Source: Oscillospiraceae bacterium (GTDB taxonomy: Bacteria > Bacillota > Clostridia > Oscillospirales > CAG-382). Taken from it: a DNA stretch of 64,000 nucleotides. The notes below the pieces were generated by a model that was not told where the DNA came from, ran no database searches, and was given only the letters and a program-made list of their open reading frames with translations. The stretch lies in the NCBI GenBank assembly GCA_015065165.1, contig SVQU01000004.1:26035-90034 (forward strand), given 5' to 3'. Numbering within the stretch: position 1 is the stretch's first letter; each line of letters opens with the position of its first letter. Position numbers and translations under genes: made by a program. This document shows positions 18,331 to 29,070 of this stretch, in pieces.

Positions 18331-21018
18331 TTATTCTGTTCTTAATGCAACCACGGGGTCCTTCTTGGATGCCACTCTCGAGGGGATAAGTCCTGCAAAC
18401 CAGGTTAAAACCATACTGATAACAACCAAAGCAATTGCGCCCCAGATAGGCAGCTTCGAAACGTTCTGTATGTCGCCGAAGGCGTAAATTACAGCGTTTA
18501 TGGGGAAGTTAAGCAAAATTGTTGTCAAAATACCCAAAGCACCTGCCACAAATCCCACAATAATGGTTTCTGCGTTGAACACACGGGTGATATCCTTCTT
18601 GGAAGCACCTATGGCGCGAAGGATACCTATTTCCTTGGTCCTTTCCAAAACCGAAATGTAGGTAATAATGCCTATCATAATGGAGGAAACCACAAGGGAA
18701 ATGGAAACGAATGCAATGAGCACGTAGGAAATAACGTCGATAATGGTGCTTATCGAGCTCATCATAATGCCGATAAGGTCGGTGTAACGAATAACCTTTT
18801 CTTCTTCTCCTCCGTCTTCCGCCGCTTTGTTATAATCGTCTATAAAGGATGCTATGGAATCCTTGGATTCGAAGTCCTTTGCATAGATATTAATGGTATT
18901 GGGGGTGTCCAATTCCGCCGCGCCAAGCTTAATAAGGTTGGTTTTTAGCGTTGCCATGGTGGTTTCGGTGTTTTTATTAAGCTCCTTGCTGAATATTTCA
19001 ATAATCTGCTCGTCGGTCATCTGTCCCATCTGCTGTGCAAGCATCTGTTGCTGTTCGGCAGGTAGGGTGGCGATATATGCGTGGACGTCCTCGATGGTGA
19101 TATCCTTGGTTTCGGGGGTGTATCCAAAGGGAATTCCCGTAAAGATATCCACCTCGCAGAATTTATATTCCGCACCGTATTTTTTCGAGGTCAGCGTGTC
19201 GATTTCTTCGCTTAACTGTTGTTTAACAATGGGAGAATCGTTGTTAAGGGTAATGCAATGCTCGGTAAGTGCGTGGGTATAACCGATCATACTTGTTGCG
19301 CTGGTGGCAGTTGCGGATTCCTTGGGACGCATAATGCCTACGATTTTAATATCAACGCCTTTGTTGATATTATTCTTCATATGAAGCTCGTCCTTGCTTT
19401 TGTTTTCCCAAATTCCCGTTTCTTCATTCTTAACGTAATGAGCCGAAGCGGGCACCAAGCTAAACTCCAAGCCGAGAATTTCTTCATAGCTATAGCTGGT
19501 CATTTCCTCGGCAACGGGTTTGCCGTTTTGGATATCACTCATCATCTGATAAACACTGCCTTGGTCTATCAAACCCAGACCGCAAAGGATATAATCGTTA
19601 ATTTCGTTGTTTTCGTCTACAAACAGTACAACCTCGTTATAAGCCTCGGGCCATTTACCGTCTACGATATCGTATTGCGAATCCAAAAGTTCTCGGTTGT
19701 CAAGAAGCTCGTTCCAAACGTTGGATGAACTCATTCCGCCCATCATCATGGCGCTGCTGTCGGTACCGCCCATCATGGCGTTGAAAACCTCCATGGGGTT
19801 AACCTTTATAACACCCTTGGAGGTGTCCTTGGAGTAAACGTCAAGGTTAACGCCGTAGGTATATTTGATGTCGGTGATATATTGATCAAGCGTTTCTTTG
19901 TTATCTTCGATATGATTCTTAAACGCTTTCAAATCGTTGCTCTGAATTTCGGACATCATAGTATTAATAAGCTTGCCGAAAATCGGGCGCGCATAAACCT
20001 TGTCAAGCTCGTGGTTATATTCACCGCTTGCGCCCGTAAGTTCGGTTAAAACGCTTGTCATATCAAGGGTTTCCGAGGTGATTTGTATAGGATAGGTGGA
20101 TAAGGTATCCTCCTGCACCTTGTTTATATAAGCCTTGAATCCGCTGGAAAGCGAAAGTATCAATGCAATACCGATAATACCGATACTGCCCGCAAAGCTG
20201 GTCAAAACCGTTCTGGTTTTCTTTGTCATAAGGTTGTTAAGAGAAAGAGAAAGGGCGGTGAAGAAGGACATCGAGGTTTTTGCTGTCTTTCTGCCTTTTT
20301 TCTTTTCCTTTTTCGGCTTTTCTTCGGGGATTTCCTCTATAATAACGGGGTTGGCATCCGAAATAATTTCGCCGTCCTTAAGGTTAACGATACGAGTGGC
20401 GTAATCGTTCGCCAATTCTGGGTTGTGGGTAACCATAATAACCAGCTTTTCCTTTGAAATCTCTTTCAAAAGCTCCATAATCTGAACGCTGGTTGCGGTA
20501 TCAAGAGCACCCGTGGGCTCATCGGCAAGTAAAATATCAGGGTTGTTCACCAAAGCTCTGGCAATGGCAACTCTTTGCATCTGTCCGCCCGAAAGCTGAT
20601 TGGGCTTCTTCTTCGCCTGGTCTGCGATACCAACCTTCCCCAATGCCTCCAAAGCCCTTGCTTTTCTTTCGCTTTTGCTTACGCCCGAAAGAGTTAAAGC
20701 CAATTCAACGTTGGCTAAAACCGTCTGGTGGGGAATAAGGTTGTAGGATTGGAAAACAAAGCCGATAGAATGGTTTCTGTAAGAATCCCAATCCGAATCT
20801 TTATATTCCTTTGTAGAGCGTCCGTTTATAATAAGGTCGCCGCTGTCATATTGGTCTAAACCGCCGATTACGTTAAGTAACGTGGTTTTACCACAACCCG
20901 ACGGACCGAGAATAGCGACGAATTCGCTTTTGCGAAAGCTAACCGAAACGCCCTTTAAAGCGGTGGTAACAGTGTCGCCGATTGCATACGACTTCTTGAT
21001 ATCTCGAAGCTGAAGCAT
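18331..21018 (-). CDS. MacB-type ABC transporter, fused ATP-binding and FtsX-like permease domains
   Basis: 895 aa. N-terminal Walker A GPSGCGKTT, signature LSGGQMQRVAIARAL and Walker B LLADEPTGALD. Then a large extracytoplasmic region and a C-terminal FtsX-type 3-TM bundle. Confidence 0.9.
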   Translation of the reverse strand: MLQLRDIKKSYAIGDTVTTALKGVSVSFRKSEFVAILGPSGCGKTTLLNVIGGLDQYDSGDLIINGRSTKEYKDSDWDSYRNHSIGFVFQSYNLIPHQTVLANVELALTLSGVSKSERKARALEALGKVGIADQAKKKPNQLSGGQMQRVAIARALVNNPDILLADEPTGALDTATSVQIMELLKEISKEKLVIMVTHNPELANDYATRIVNLKDGEIISDANPVIIEEIPEEKPKKEKKKGRKTAKTSMSFFTALSLSLNNLMTKKTRTVLTSFAGSIGIIGIALILSLSSGFKAYINKVQEDTLSTYPIQITSETLDMTSVLTELTGASGEYNHELDKVYARPIFGKLINTMMSEIQSNDLKAFKNHIEDNKETLDQYITDIKYTYGVNLDVYSKDTSKGVIKVNPMEVFNAMMGGTDSSAMMMGGMSSSNVWNELLDNRELLDSQYDIVDGKWPEAYNEVVLFVDENNEINDYILCGLGLIDQGSVYQMMSDIQNGKPVAEEMTSYSYEEILGLEFSLVPASAHYVKNEETGIWENKSKDELHMKNNINKGVDIKIVGIMRPKESATATSATSMIGYTHALTEHCITLNNDSPIVKQQLSEEIDTLTSKKYGAEYKFCEVDIFTGIPFGYTPETKDITIEDVHAYIATLPAEQQQMLAQQMGQMTDEQIIEIFSKELNKNTETTMATLKTNLIKLGAAELDTPNTINIYAKDFESKDSIASFIDDYNKAAEDGGEEEKVIRYTDLIGIMMSSISTIIDVISYVLIAFVSISLVVSSIMIGIITYISVLERTKEIGILRAIGASKKDITRVFNAETIIVGFVAGALGILTTILLNFPINAVIYAFGDIQNVSKLPIWGAIALVVISMVLTWFAGLIPSRVASKKDPVVALRTE

Positions 21019-21147
21019 ATATTTTCCTCCGTGAAAACAACTTAATACATTATATAATATATTTTTGCCAATTTTCTGTCAATTAATAAACTGTAAACAT
21101 TTTTGCTTTAACTCTAAAAATAACCGTGTTTTTAAGCTTGAAACAAC

Positions 21148-21178
21148 GAAAAAAGGCGGATTTATGAAAATCCGCCTC
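21148..21178 (-). terminator. rho-independent terminator
   Basis: On the minus strand, AGGCGGATTT-TCAT-AAATCCGCCT followed by TTTTTT. Confidence 0.8.
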
Positions 21179-21184
21179 TTGAAA

Positions 21185-22906
21185 TTATTTATTCAACAAT
21201 AAATTACAGCTTTCAATGCACTTTGATGTCTTTTCTTCTGCATCGCTTTCGCTTTCTGCACGAACGAGTATGTACGCCTTAATTTTAGGCTCTGTACCCG
21301 AAGGACGTATAATAACCGCCGAGCCGCCCTCAAGCTCGTAATAAAGCATATTGCTTGTGGGAAGTCCCGTGCCCTTTTCCTGTCCGCAAGCATATTTGAT
21401 AATTCCGGTGGAATAATCGCGCACTGCGGTAACCTTCATTCCGCCGATTGTATCGATAGCGGTGCTTCTTATTCCCGCCATAATCTCACCCATAAGTCCC
21501 ATGGGGTCAATACCGGTAATCTTAACGTTCAAAACGCTTTCGCGGAAAATACCGTATTCGCGGTAGATTTCCTGCAACGCTTCATAAACGCTTCTGCCCT
21601 CAGCATAATGTCTGCAAACCATTTCAGCCGCCAAAACGCTTGCGCCAACGGCATCCTTATCTCTTGCATAACCCGCCGAGAGATAGCCCTGGCTTTCCTC
21701 GTAACCGAAAATAAAGGTGTTGCTGCCGTCAGCCGCCCATTCCTTGATCTTCTCGCCGATGTATTTAAAGCCGGTAAGAACGCTTATGTGTCTAACACCG
21801 TTCTTTTCGCAAATTGCATCGAAAAGGTTAGAGGACACAACCGATTTGATAGCGCAGGCATTTTCGGGAAGACAATTGTTTTTCTTCCTTATTTTAATAA
21901 TATGGTCGATAAGAAGTGCGCCTATCTGGTTACCGCTAAGGGCAAAGAATTCGCCCTTGTCGTTCTTAATCGCAAGACCGATTCTGTCCGCATCGGGGTC
22001 GGTAGCAATAATTGCGCCGCAATCAACACCCAATTCGTCAATTTTCTTTATTGCTTCTTCAAAGCATTCTCTGTTTTCGGGGTTGGGGGATGCAACGGTG
22101 GGGAAGTCTCCGTCGGGAATCATCTGGCTGTCGATGGTAATCAGCTTGTCGATGCCGCAACGCTTTAAAGCTTCGGGAACAAGCTTATAACCCGTTCCGT
22201 GAAGCGCGGTATATGCCAAACCAACCTCGTTGCCGTATTTGGCTGTGTTTTCGGCATCCAATCTGCAATCCAAAACGGCTTTAAGAAATGCCTCGTCGCA
22301 TTCCTCGCCGATCATAACCAACAAGCCTTTTTCCTTGGCTTCTTCAAGACACATCTTTTTAACGCCGTCAAAAATGTCGGTTGCCGCCGCCTTTTCCGAA
22401 ACAACGCTTGCGTGCTCGGGAGGAAGCTGTGCGCCGTCATCCCAATAAACCTTATATCCGTTGTATTCCTTGGGGTTGTGGGATGCGGTAACGTTAATAC
22501 CTGCAATGCAGTTGTAGTAAAGTATAGAGAAAGAAAGCTCGGGTGTGGGGCGCATACCGTCGAAAAGGTAAACCTTAATTCCGTTAGCGGTCAAAACACT
22601 TGCCGCTGTTTTTGCAAACAATTCCGAGTTGTTTCTGCTGTCATAACAAACCGAAACGCCTCTTTCTGCGCCGTTTGCAGAAATAATAAGTTCTGCCAAG
22701 CCTTGGGTGGTTTGTCCAACGGTGTAAACGTTCATTTTAGAAATGCCCACGTCCATAGTGCTTCTAAGCCCTGCTGTACCAAAGCTCATGGGGATAGCAA
22801 ATCTTTCCGCAATAGCGGTTTCGTCATCCTTAATTTTGTTAAGTCTGCTTTTGGAAGCTTCATCAAGCTTGTCCGAATTAAGCCATCTGAGAAATTCGTT
22901 ATTCAT
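21185..22906 (-). CDS. phospho-sugar mutase (alpha-phosphoglucomutase/phosphomannomutase family)
   Basis: 573 aa. Motifs FGTAGLRS and the active-site loop TASHNPKEYNGYK. RBS AAGGAGA. Confidence 0.9.
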   Translation of the reverse strand: MNNEFLRWLNSDKLDEASKSRLNKIKDDETAIAERFAIPMSFGTAGLRSTMDVGISKMNVYTVGQTTQGLAELIISANGAERGVSVCYDSRNNSELFAKTAASVLTANGIKVYLFDGMRPTPELSFSILYYNCIAGINVTASHNPKEYNGYKVYWDDGAQLPPEHASVVSEKAAATDIFDGVKKMCLEEAKEKGLLVMIGEECDEAFLKAVLDCRLDAENTAKYGNEVGLAYTALHGTGYKLVPEALKRCGIDKLITIDSQMIPDGDFPTVASPNPENRECFEEAIKKIDELGVDCGAIIATDPDADRIGLAIKNDKGEFFALSGNQIGALLIDHIIKIRKKNNCLPENACAIKSVVSSNLFDAICEKNGVRHISVLTGFKYIGEKIKEWAADGSNTFIFGYEESQGYLSAGYARDKDAVGASVLAAEMVCRHYAEGRSVYEALQEIYREYGIFRESVLNVKITGIDPMGLMGEIMAGIRSTAIDTIGGMKVTAVRDYSTGIIKYACGQEKGTGLPTSNMLYYELEGGSAVIIRPSGTEPKIKAYILVRAESESDAEEKTSKCIESCNLLLNK

Positions 22907-22929
22907 AATCTATTCTCCTTGATTAAAAA

Positions 22930-23199
22930 TCAAACCCTTGCAGTCTGCAATTTTTCCAATGCTTCTTCCAACGCCAATGCCAATTGGTCGGGGCAGGAGG
23001 TGGATTTAAAGCCACAGCGTATGCCCTTGCATCTTCTTATGATATCTTCTGCATTTTGCCCTTCGCATAAAGCCGCAATGCCTTTAAGGTTACCGTTACA
23101 GCCGCCTTCAAAGGAAACACCGGTGATAATTTTGTTGTCGTCTATGTTAAAGCTGACACTTCTCGAACAGGTTCCGCTGTTCTTTCTGGTGATATTCAT
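22930..23199 (-). CDS. TSCPD-domain protein (TIGR03905-like, 4-Cys)
   Basis: 89 aa with EGGCNGN ... KSTSCPDQLA motifs. Confidence 0.75.
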   Translation of the reverse strand: MNITRKNSGTCSRSVSFNIDDNKIITGVSFEGGCNGNLKGIAALCEGQNAEDIIRRCKGIRCGFKSTSCPDQLALALEEALEKLQTARV

Positions 23200-23394
23200 T
23201 CAAAAAAACCTTCCTTTATATTATATATACAGCACGTATTAATTATAACGAATTTATTGCGTTTGTAAATCCCTTTTTGGAAAAAAATTCAAAAACATAT
23301 TTTTTATATATGACGAATAGGGGAATCAACAATTATTAATAAAAATGAATATTTTGTTCACAATTTGTTTACAAATCAATTTCAACAATTTCTA

Positions 23395-23423
23395 TTGATT
23401 TTTTTTGTACAATGTGTTACAAT
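23395..23423 (+). promoter_or_regulatory. sigma-A-type promoter of the S10 operon
   Basis: TTGATT (23395-23400), a 17-bp spacer, then TGtTACAAT with the hexamer at 23418-23423. Confidence 0.5.
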
Positions 23424-23487
23424 CGATTCGCTTGGTGTGCGATGAAGTTATAGATTGCTGCTTTTTGGCAGGTAACTATGACAGAGT

Positions 23488-23524
23488 ATGTCCGAAAATC
23501 GGGCGCAGGCTTCGGGCATTTTTT
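23488..23524 (+). promoter_or_regulatory. terminator-like hairpin in the rpsJ leader (possible attenuator)
   Basis: 9-bp stem AUGUCCGAA / UUCGGGCAU (one G.U pair) with a 14-nt loop, then UUUUUU. It lies 85 nt upstream of the rpsJ ATG. Confidence 0.35.
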
Positions 23525-23608
23525 AAGGGTGTTATACGAAACACCCGGCGCAGTGTCCGCAGTACTGCCGTCAAAACATTACATTATTATATTTGGAGGC
23601 AAAAACCA

Positions 23609-23920
23609 ATGGCAAAGAAAGACAAGATCAGAATTCGTCTTAAGAGCTACGACCACACCCTTATCGACCGCGCAGCGGAAAAGATCGTTGAAACCGCAAA
23701 GCGTAACGGCGCTACCGTTTCCGGTCCCATTCCTCTTCCTACCGATAAGGAAATCGTAACCATCCTTCGCGCAGTTCACAAGTATAAGGACAGCCGCGAA
23801 CAGTTCGAATACCGTACTCACAAGCGTCTTATCGACATCATTAAGCCCTCTAAGGCTTGTGTTGAAGCACTTATGAGCACCGATCTCCCCGCCGGCGTTG
23901 ATTTCAACGTTGAGCTCTAA
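23609..23920 (+). CDS. rpsJ: 30S ribosomal protein S10
   Basis: [20 protein letters not shown]... from an internal ATG of track ORF 23405..23920, preceded by GGAGG. Confidence 0.95.
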   Translation: MAKKDKIRIRLKSYDHTLIDRAAEKIVETAKRNGATVSGPIPLPTDKEIVTILRAVHKYKDSREQFEYRTHKRLIDIIKPSKACVEALMSTDLPAGVDFNVEL

Positions 23921-23992
23921 TTCACATCGTATCAAATTAAGGTTACGTTGATGTGCAAAGGGCATGTCAACCAATGACCTAAGGAGGATAAT

Positions 23993-24622
23993 ATGAAAAA
24001 AGGCATTATCGGCAGAAAACTCGGTATGACCCAGCTCTTTGATGATAAGGGCAAGGTTATCCCTGTAACTGTCATCAACGCAGGTCCCTGCGTTGTCGTT
24101 CAGAAGAGAACGAACGAAAAGAACGGCTACGAAGCAGTTCAGCTCGGCTTCTCGGACATCCCCGAGAGAAAGCTTAACAAGCCCGAGAAAGGCGTTTTCG
24201 CTAAGGCAGAGGTAGGCTTTAAGAGATATCTTAAAGAATTCCGCCTTGACGATTCCGCTTCTATGAACGTTGGCGACGTAATCACAGCAGACACCTTTGA
24301 AGCCGGCGAAAAGGTCGACATCACTGGTATCACAAAAGGTCATGGCTTCTCCGGCGTAATTAAGAGATGGGGCTGCCACAGACTTAGAATGACTCACGGT
24401 ACAGGTCCTGTACACCGTCAGGCTGGTTCTATGGGCGCGAACAGCGATCCTTCCAGAATCTTCAAGAACAAGAAGATGGCCGGTCAGTACGGTAACGAAC
24501 AGGTTACCATGCTTAACCTTGAGATCATCAAGATTGACCCCGACAACAACCTTATCGCTGTTAAGGGCGCGGTTCCCGGTGCAAAGGGCGGAATCGTATA
24601 CCTCCGCAGCACTGTGAAATAA
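23993..24622 (+). CDS. rplC: 50S ribosomal protein L3
   Basis: [17 protein letters not shown]... Conserved operon position. Confidence 0.96.
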   Translation: MKKGIIGRKLGMTQLFDDKGKVIPVTVINAGPCVVVQKRTNEKNGYEAVQLGFSDIPERKLNKPEKGVFAKAEVGFKRYLKEFRLDDSASMNVGDVITADTFEAGEKVDITGITKGHGFSGVIKRWGCHRLRMTHGTGPVHRQAGSMGANSDPSRIFKNKKMAGQYGNEQVTMLNLEIIKIDPDNNLIAVKGAVPGAKGGIVYLRSTVK

Positions 24623-24641
24623 GCGGAAGGAGGAGTAAGAA

Positions 24642-25265
24642 ATGCCTACAGTAAATGTTTACAATATGGAAGGAAAGGCTTGCGGTACAGTTGAGCTTTC
24701 CGAAAAGATTTTTGCTGCTGAAATCAATAACGCAGCAGTGCATTCCGTTGTAAGAGCATATTTGCTCAATCAGCGTCAGGGTACACAGTCTACTCTCACC
24801 AGAAGCGAAGTTCGCGGTGGTGGTAAGAAGCCTTGGCGTCAGAAGGGTACAGGTAGAGCAAGACAAGGTTCTATCCGTTCTCCTCAGTGGACCCACGGTG
24901 GTATCGCTCTCGGTCCCAAGCCCAGAAGCTATCGTGTAAGCATCAACAAGAAGCTTAAGCAGGTTGCTTTGTTCTCGGCTCTCACTTCTAAAGTAGTTTC
25001 GGATGAATTGATTGTTATCGACAATATCGCACTCGATTCCTACAAGACCAAGAACATGATCAACTTCCTTAAGGCTATCAACGTTGAAGGCAAAGCAATG
25101 ATCGTTACTGCAGACGTAAACAACTACGTGGTTGGTTCCGCTGCTAACATCCCCGGTGTAATTACCGCACCTGTAAACACTATTAACGTTTACGACATCC
25201 TTAAGTATGACAAAATGGTTATCTCTAAGGATGCTCTTGCAAAACTCGAGGAGGTATATGCATAA
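24642..25265 (+). CDS. rplD: 50S ribosomal protein L4
   Basis: GGGKKPWRQKGTGRARQGSIRSPQW motif. Confidence 0.96.
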   Translation: MPTVNVYNMEGKACGTVELSEKIFAAEINNAAVHSVVRAYLLNQRQGTQSTLTRSEVRGGGKKPWRQKGTGRARQGSIRSPQWTHGGIALGPKPRSYRVSINKKLKQVALFSALTSKVVSDELIVIDNIALDSYKTKNMINFLKAINVEGKAMIVTADVNNYVVGSAANIPGVITAPVNTINVYDILKYDKMVISKDALAKLEEVYA

Positions 25266-25558
25266 TGAAAACAGTTTACGACATTATCAGAGAACCTGTT
25301 ATCACTGAAGCCTCTATCAAGAATATGCAGGATAAAAAATACACCTTCAAGGTTCCCGCTGATGCAAACAAGGTGGAAATCAAAAAGGCAGTTGAAGAAA
25401 TCTTCAAGGTAGAGGTTGAAAAGGTTTACACCATCACCATGAAGAGAAAAACAAAGCGCGTTGGCTACCACATCGGCAAAACTTCCGAATGGAAGAAGGC
25501 TATTGTTAAGCTCACCGCAGATTCTAAGACCATCGAATTCTTCGATAGCTTGATGTAA
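25265..25558 (+). CDS. rplW: 50S ribosomal protein L23
   Basis: 97 aa, [13 protein letters not shown]... The start overlaps the rplD stop. Confidence 0.95.
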   Translation: MKTVYDIIREPVITEASIKNMQDKKYTFKVPADANKVEIKKAVEEIFKVEVEKVYTITMKRKTKRVGYHIGKTSEWKKAIVKLTADSKTIEFFDSLM

Positions 25559-25577
25559 GAAAGGAGACCAAGTAGAA

Positions 25578-26411
25578 ATGGCTGTAAAGACATATAAACC
25601 GACTACACCTTCCCGTAGAAATATGGCTACTCCCTCCTTTGCGGAAATCACTAAGAAGACTCCCGAAAAGTCTCTTATTACTATCCTGAAGAAAAACGCA
25701 GGTAGAAATAATACGGGTAGAATCACCGTTCGTCATCACGGCGGCGGCAACAAAAAGAAGTACAGAATTATCGACTTCAAGCGTGCATATAAGAACGAAG
25801 CGAGCAAGGTTATCGGTATCGAATACGACCCCAACCGTACCGCTTATATCATGCTTCTCGAGGATGAAAACGGCAAGAAGAGCTACGCTCTCGCTCCCGA
25901 TGGAGTTACCGTTGGCACTCTCCTTTATTCCGGTGAACATGCCGATATCAAACCCGGTAACGTTCTCCCCATCAGCGCAATTCCCGTTGGTACCATTATC
26001 CACTCTGTTGAGCTTTATCCTGGCCGCGGCGCACAGCTCGTTCGTTCCGCAGGTGCTGCAGCTCAGCTTATGGCTAAGGAAAACGGAATGGCACAGGTAA
26101 GACTTCCTTCCGGCGAAGTTCGCTTGGTTCGCCTCGACTGCCGTGCAACAATCGGTCAGGTAGGTAACCTCGAACACGAAAACATCAAAATCGGTAAAGC
26201 CGGTAAGAAGAGACACATGGGCATTCGTCCTACCGTTCGCGGTTCTGTAATGAACCCCTGCGACCACCCTCACGGTGGTGGTGAAGGCCGTTCGCCTATC
26301 GGTCGTCCCGGTCCTGTTACCCCTTGGGGTAAGCCTGCTCTTGGCTATAAGACGAGAAACAAGAAGGCTCGCACCAACAAGTTTATCGTTAAGAGAAGAA
26401 ATGACAGATAA
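25578..26411 (+). CDS. rplB: 50S ribosomal protein L2
   Basis: [14 protein letters not shown]... and the HPHGGGEGR motif. Confidence 0.97.
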   Translation: MAVKTYKPTTPSRRNMATPSFAEITKKTPEKSLITILKKNAGRNNTGRITVRHHGGGNKKKYRIIDFKRAYKNEASKVIGIEYDPNRTAYIMLLEDENGKKSYALAPDGVTVGTLLYSGEHADIKPGNVLPISAIPVGTIIHSVELYPGRGAQLVRSAGAAAQLMAKENGMAQVRLPSGEVRLVRLDCRATIGQVGNLEHENIKIGKAGKKRHMGIRPTVRGSVMNPCDHPHGGGEGRSPIGRPGPVTPWGKPALGYKTRNKKARTNKFIVKRRNDR

Positions 26412-26428
26412 GAGGAGGATAAATAACT

Positions 26429-26704
26429 ATGAGCAGAAGTGTTAAAAAAGGCCCTTTTGTCGAAGCTAAGCTTTACGCTAGAATCGAAGACATGAACGCT
26501 AAGGGCGAAAAAAGAGTTATCAAAACCTGGTCTCGTGCGTCCACTATCTTCCCCGAATTTGTAGGTCATACGATCGCTGTTCACGACGGAAAGAAACACG
26601 TGCCCGTATATGTCGTAGAAGACATGGTTGGACATAAGCTTGGCGAGTTCGCTCCCACAAGACGTTTCCCCGGACACTCCGGATCCAAGACTTCCAATAA
26701 CTAA
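26429..26704 (+). CDS. rpsS: 30S ribosomal protein S19
   Basis: [11 protein letters not shown] ... [11 protein letters not shown]. Confidence 0.96.
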   Translation: MSRSVKKGPFVEAKLYARIEDMNAKGEKRVIKTWSRASTIFPEFVGHTIAVHDGKKHVPVYVVEDMVGHKLGEFAPTRRFPGHSGSKTSNN

Positions 26705-26727
26705 TGGGCTTGAAAGGAGAATTAACT

Positions 26728-27081
26728 GTGGAAAATAGAGAATCCAGAGCTTATCTCAGACAGCTCCGTGTTACACCGAGAAAAGTTAAGATAGTGCTCG
26801 ACCTCATCAGAGGCAAAGACGTTGCAAAAGCATTTGCAATCCTTAAAAACACTAACAAGTTGGTATGCGAGGACATCGAAAAGCTCCTCAAATCCGCTGT
26901 TGCTAATGCCGATCACAACTACGGCATGGATCTTGAAAAGCTCTATGTTGCAGAATGTTTCGTAACCCCCGGCATTCTTAAAAATATGAAGAGAGTTCGT
27001 CCCCGCGCTCAGGGCAGAGCCTTCCGCGTTATTAAGAGAACCTCTCATGTAACTATCGTACTCAGAGAAAAGGAGGCGTAA
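26728..27081 (+). CDS. rplV: 50S ribosomal protein L22
   Basis: I chose the GTG at 26728 because AAAGGAGA lies 7 nt upstream (the track ORF starts at 26704). Sequence AYLRQLRVTPRKVKIVLDLIRGK. Confidence 0.9.
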   Translation: MENRESRAYLRQLRVTPRKVKIVLDLIRGKDVAKAFAILKNTNKLVCEDIEKLLKSAVANADHNYGMDLEKLYVAECFVTPGILKNMKRVRPRAQGRAFRVIKRTSHVTIVLREKEA

Positions 27082-27084
27082 ACA

Positions 27085-27765
27085 ATGGGACAGAAAGTTA
27101 ATCCTCACGGTCTCCGTGTTGGTATAATCAAAGATTGGAGCTCCCGTTGGTATTCCAAGGATGAAACCTTCGGCGATACCATCGTCTCTGACTACAATCT
27201 CAGAAAGTACCTTAAAAAACGCCTTATGCAGGCCGGCGTTCCTTCTATCGAAATCGAACGCGACAACAGCCGTGTAAGAGTTATCGTTTACTGTGCAAAG
27301 CCCGGTATCGTTATCGGTAAGGGCGGCGCTGAAATCGAAAAGCTTAAGAAGGATATCGCAGATTTCCTTAAGGTTCCCGCAAACGTTGTTGTTGACGTTA
27401 AGGTTATCGAAGTTAAGCAGCCCGACCTCAACGCTCAGCTCGTTGCTGAAAATATCGCAGCACAGCTCGAAAAGAGAATTTCCTTCCGCCGTGCTATGAA
27501 GCAGTCCATCGGTAGAACCATGAGACTTCAGGCGAAGGGTATCAAAATCTGCGTTTCCGGCCGTCTCGGCGGTGCTGAAATCGCAAGAAGCGAACACTAT
27601 CATGAAGGTACAATTCCCCTTCAGACTCTTAGAGCCGACATCGATTACGGCTTCTGGGAAGCAAACACCACCTACGGTAAGATCGGTATCAAGGTATGGA
27701 TCTACAAGGGTGAGGTTCTCCCCGAAGTTAAGCGTTCCTCGGCACGCGAAGGAGGTAAGCGCTAA
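27085..27765 (+). CDS. rpsC: 30S ribosomal protein S3
   Basis: [14 protein letters not shown]... with KH and S3-C domains. Confidence 0.97.
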   Translation: MGQKVNPHGLRVGIIKDWSSRWYSKDETFGDTIVSDYNLRKYLKKRLMQAGVPSIEIERDNSRVRVIVYCAKPGIVIGKGGAEIEKLKKDIADFLKVPANVVVDVKVIEVKQPDLNAQLVAENIAAQLEKRISFRRAMKQSIGRTMRLQAKGIKICVSGRLGGAEIARSEHYHEGTIPLQTLRADIDYGFWEANTTYGKIGIKVWIYKGEVLPEVKRSSAREGGKR

Positions 27766-28184
27766 TGTTAATGCCTAAAAGAGTTAAATACAGACGCGTA
27801 CAAAGAGGTAGATTGACCGGTAGAGCTTACAGAGGCAACAAGATCAGCAATGGTTCTTTCGGTCTCGTAGCTATGGAACCCGCTTGGGTTACCAGCAACC
27901 AGATTGAGGCTGCCCGTATCGCGATGACCCGTTACGTTAAGCGTGGCGGTAAGGTTTGGATTAAGATATTCCCCGATAAGCCTGTTACCGAAAAGCCTGC
28001 TGAAACCCGTATGGGTTCCGGTAAGGGTTCTCCCGAATACTGGGTAGCAGTTGTTAAACCGGGTAGAGTAATGTTCGAGATGGACGGCGTTGAAGAAGCA
28101 CAGGCTCGCGAAGCTATGCGTCTTGCAATGCACAAGCTTCCTCTCAAATGTAAGTTCGCCACTAAGGCTGACCTCGAGAAATAG
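27765..28184 (+). CDS. rplP: 50S ribosomal protein L16
   Basis: [16 protein letters not shown]... Confidence 0.97.
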   Translation: MLMPKRVKYRRVQRGRLTGRAYRGNKISNGSFGLVAMEPAWVTSNQIEAARIAMTRYVKRGGKVWIKIFPDKPVTEKPAETRMGSGKGSPEYWVAVVKPGRVMFEMDGVEEAQAREAMRLAMHKLPLKCKFATKADLEK

Positions 28185-28200
28185 GAGGTAGAAGATAATT

Positions 28201-28401
28201 ATGAATATTAAAGAAATCAGAGAAATGCCGATTTCCGAGCTGCAGAAGAATATCGCAGAACAGAAGGAAGCGCTCTTCAACCTTCGTTTCCAGCATTCTA
28301 TCAACCAGCTCGATAATCCCATGAAGATTGTCGAAACCAAAAAGACTATTGCGAGACTTCTCTCGGTTCTCCGTGAAAAAGAACTCGCAGAAAAAGCATA
28401 A
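28201..28401 (+). CDS. rpmC: 50S ribosomal protein L29
   Basis: 66 aa, LFNLRFQHSINQLDNP. Confidence 0.95.
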   Translation: MNIKEIREMPISELQKNIAEQKEALFNLRFQHSINQLDNPMKIVETKKTIARLLSVLREKELAEKA

Positions 28402-28416
28402 GGAGGATAACGAACA

Positions 28417-28671
28417 ATGGAAAGAGCACTTAGAAAAACCAGAGTCGGCATCGTTGTTTCCGACAAGATGGATAAAACCATCGTTGTTGCAATCCGCGAT
28501 AACGTAAAGCATCCTCTTTATAAAAAGATCATTAAAAGAACTGTTCGTTTCAAAGCGCACGACGAAAACAATATTGCCGGCATTGGCGATAAGGTTATGA
28601 TTATGGAAACCCGTCCGCTTTCGAAGGACAAGAACTGGCGTCTCGTTGAAATCATCGAGAAGGCTAAGTAA
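28417..28671 (+). CDS. rpsQ: 30S ribosomal protein S17
   Basis: 84 aa, [14 protein letters not shown]...HPLYKK. Confidence 0.95.
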   Translation: MERALRKTRVGIVVSDKMDKTIVVAIRDNVKHPLYKKIIKRTVRFKAHDENNIAGIGDKVMIMETRPLSKDKNWRLVEIIEKAK

Positions 28672-28687
28672 TTAGGAGGTACACACA

Positions 28688-29056
28688 ATGTTACAGCAAG
28701 AGTCCCGTCTTAAGGTAGCTGACAACACTGGCGCAAAAGAATTGTTGTGCATCCGAGTTCTTGGCGGCACCGGCAGACGCTATGCAGGAGTTGGCGACGT
28801 TATCGTTTGCTCCGTTAAAAAGGCTGCTCCCGGCGGAGTAGCAAAGAAGGGCGACGTTGTTAAAGCAGTAGTTGTTAGAACCGTACAGCCCACCAGAAGA
28901 AGCGACGGATCTTACGTTCGTTTCGACGACAATGCAGCTGTTCTCGTAAAAGAGGATAAGGACCCCGTAGGTACTCGTATCTTTGGTCCGGTTGCTAAAG
29001 AACTGCGTGAAAAAGGATATATGAAAATCCTCTCCCTCGCGCCCGAAGTGGTTTAA
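28688..29056 (+). CDS. rplN: 50S ribosomal protein L14
   Basis: [27 protein letters not shown]. Confidence 0.97.
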   Translation: MLQQESRLKVADNTGAKELLCIRVLGGTGRRYAGVGDVIVCSVKKAAPGGVAKKGDVVKAVVVRTVQPTRRSDGSYVRFDDNAAVLVKEDKDPVGTRIFGPVAKELREKGYMKILSLAPEVV

Positions 29057-29070
29057 GGAGGCAGTAGACA

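Noticed and set aside
22199-23242. 347-aa plus-strand ORF
   Set aside because: It is antisense to the phosphoglucomutase and TSCPD genes, has low-complexity shadow composition and has no RBS.
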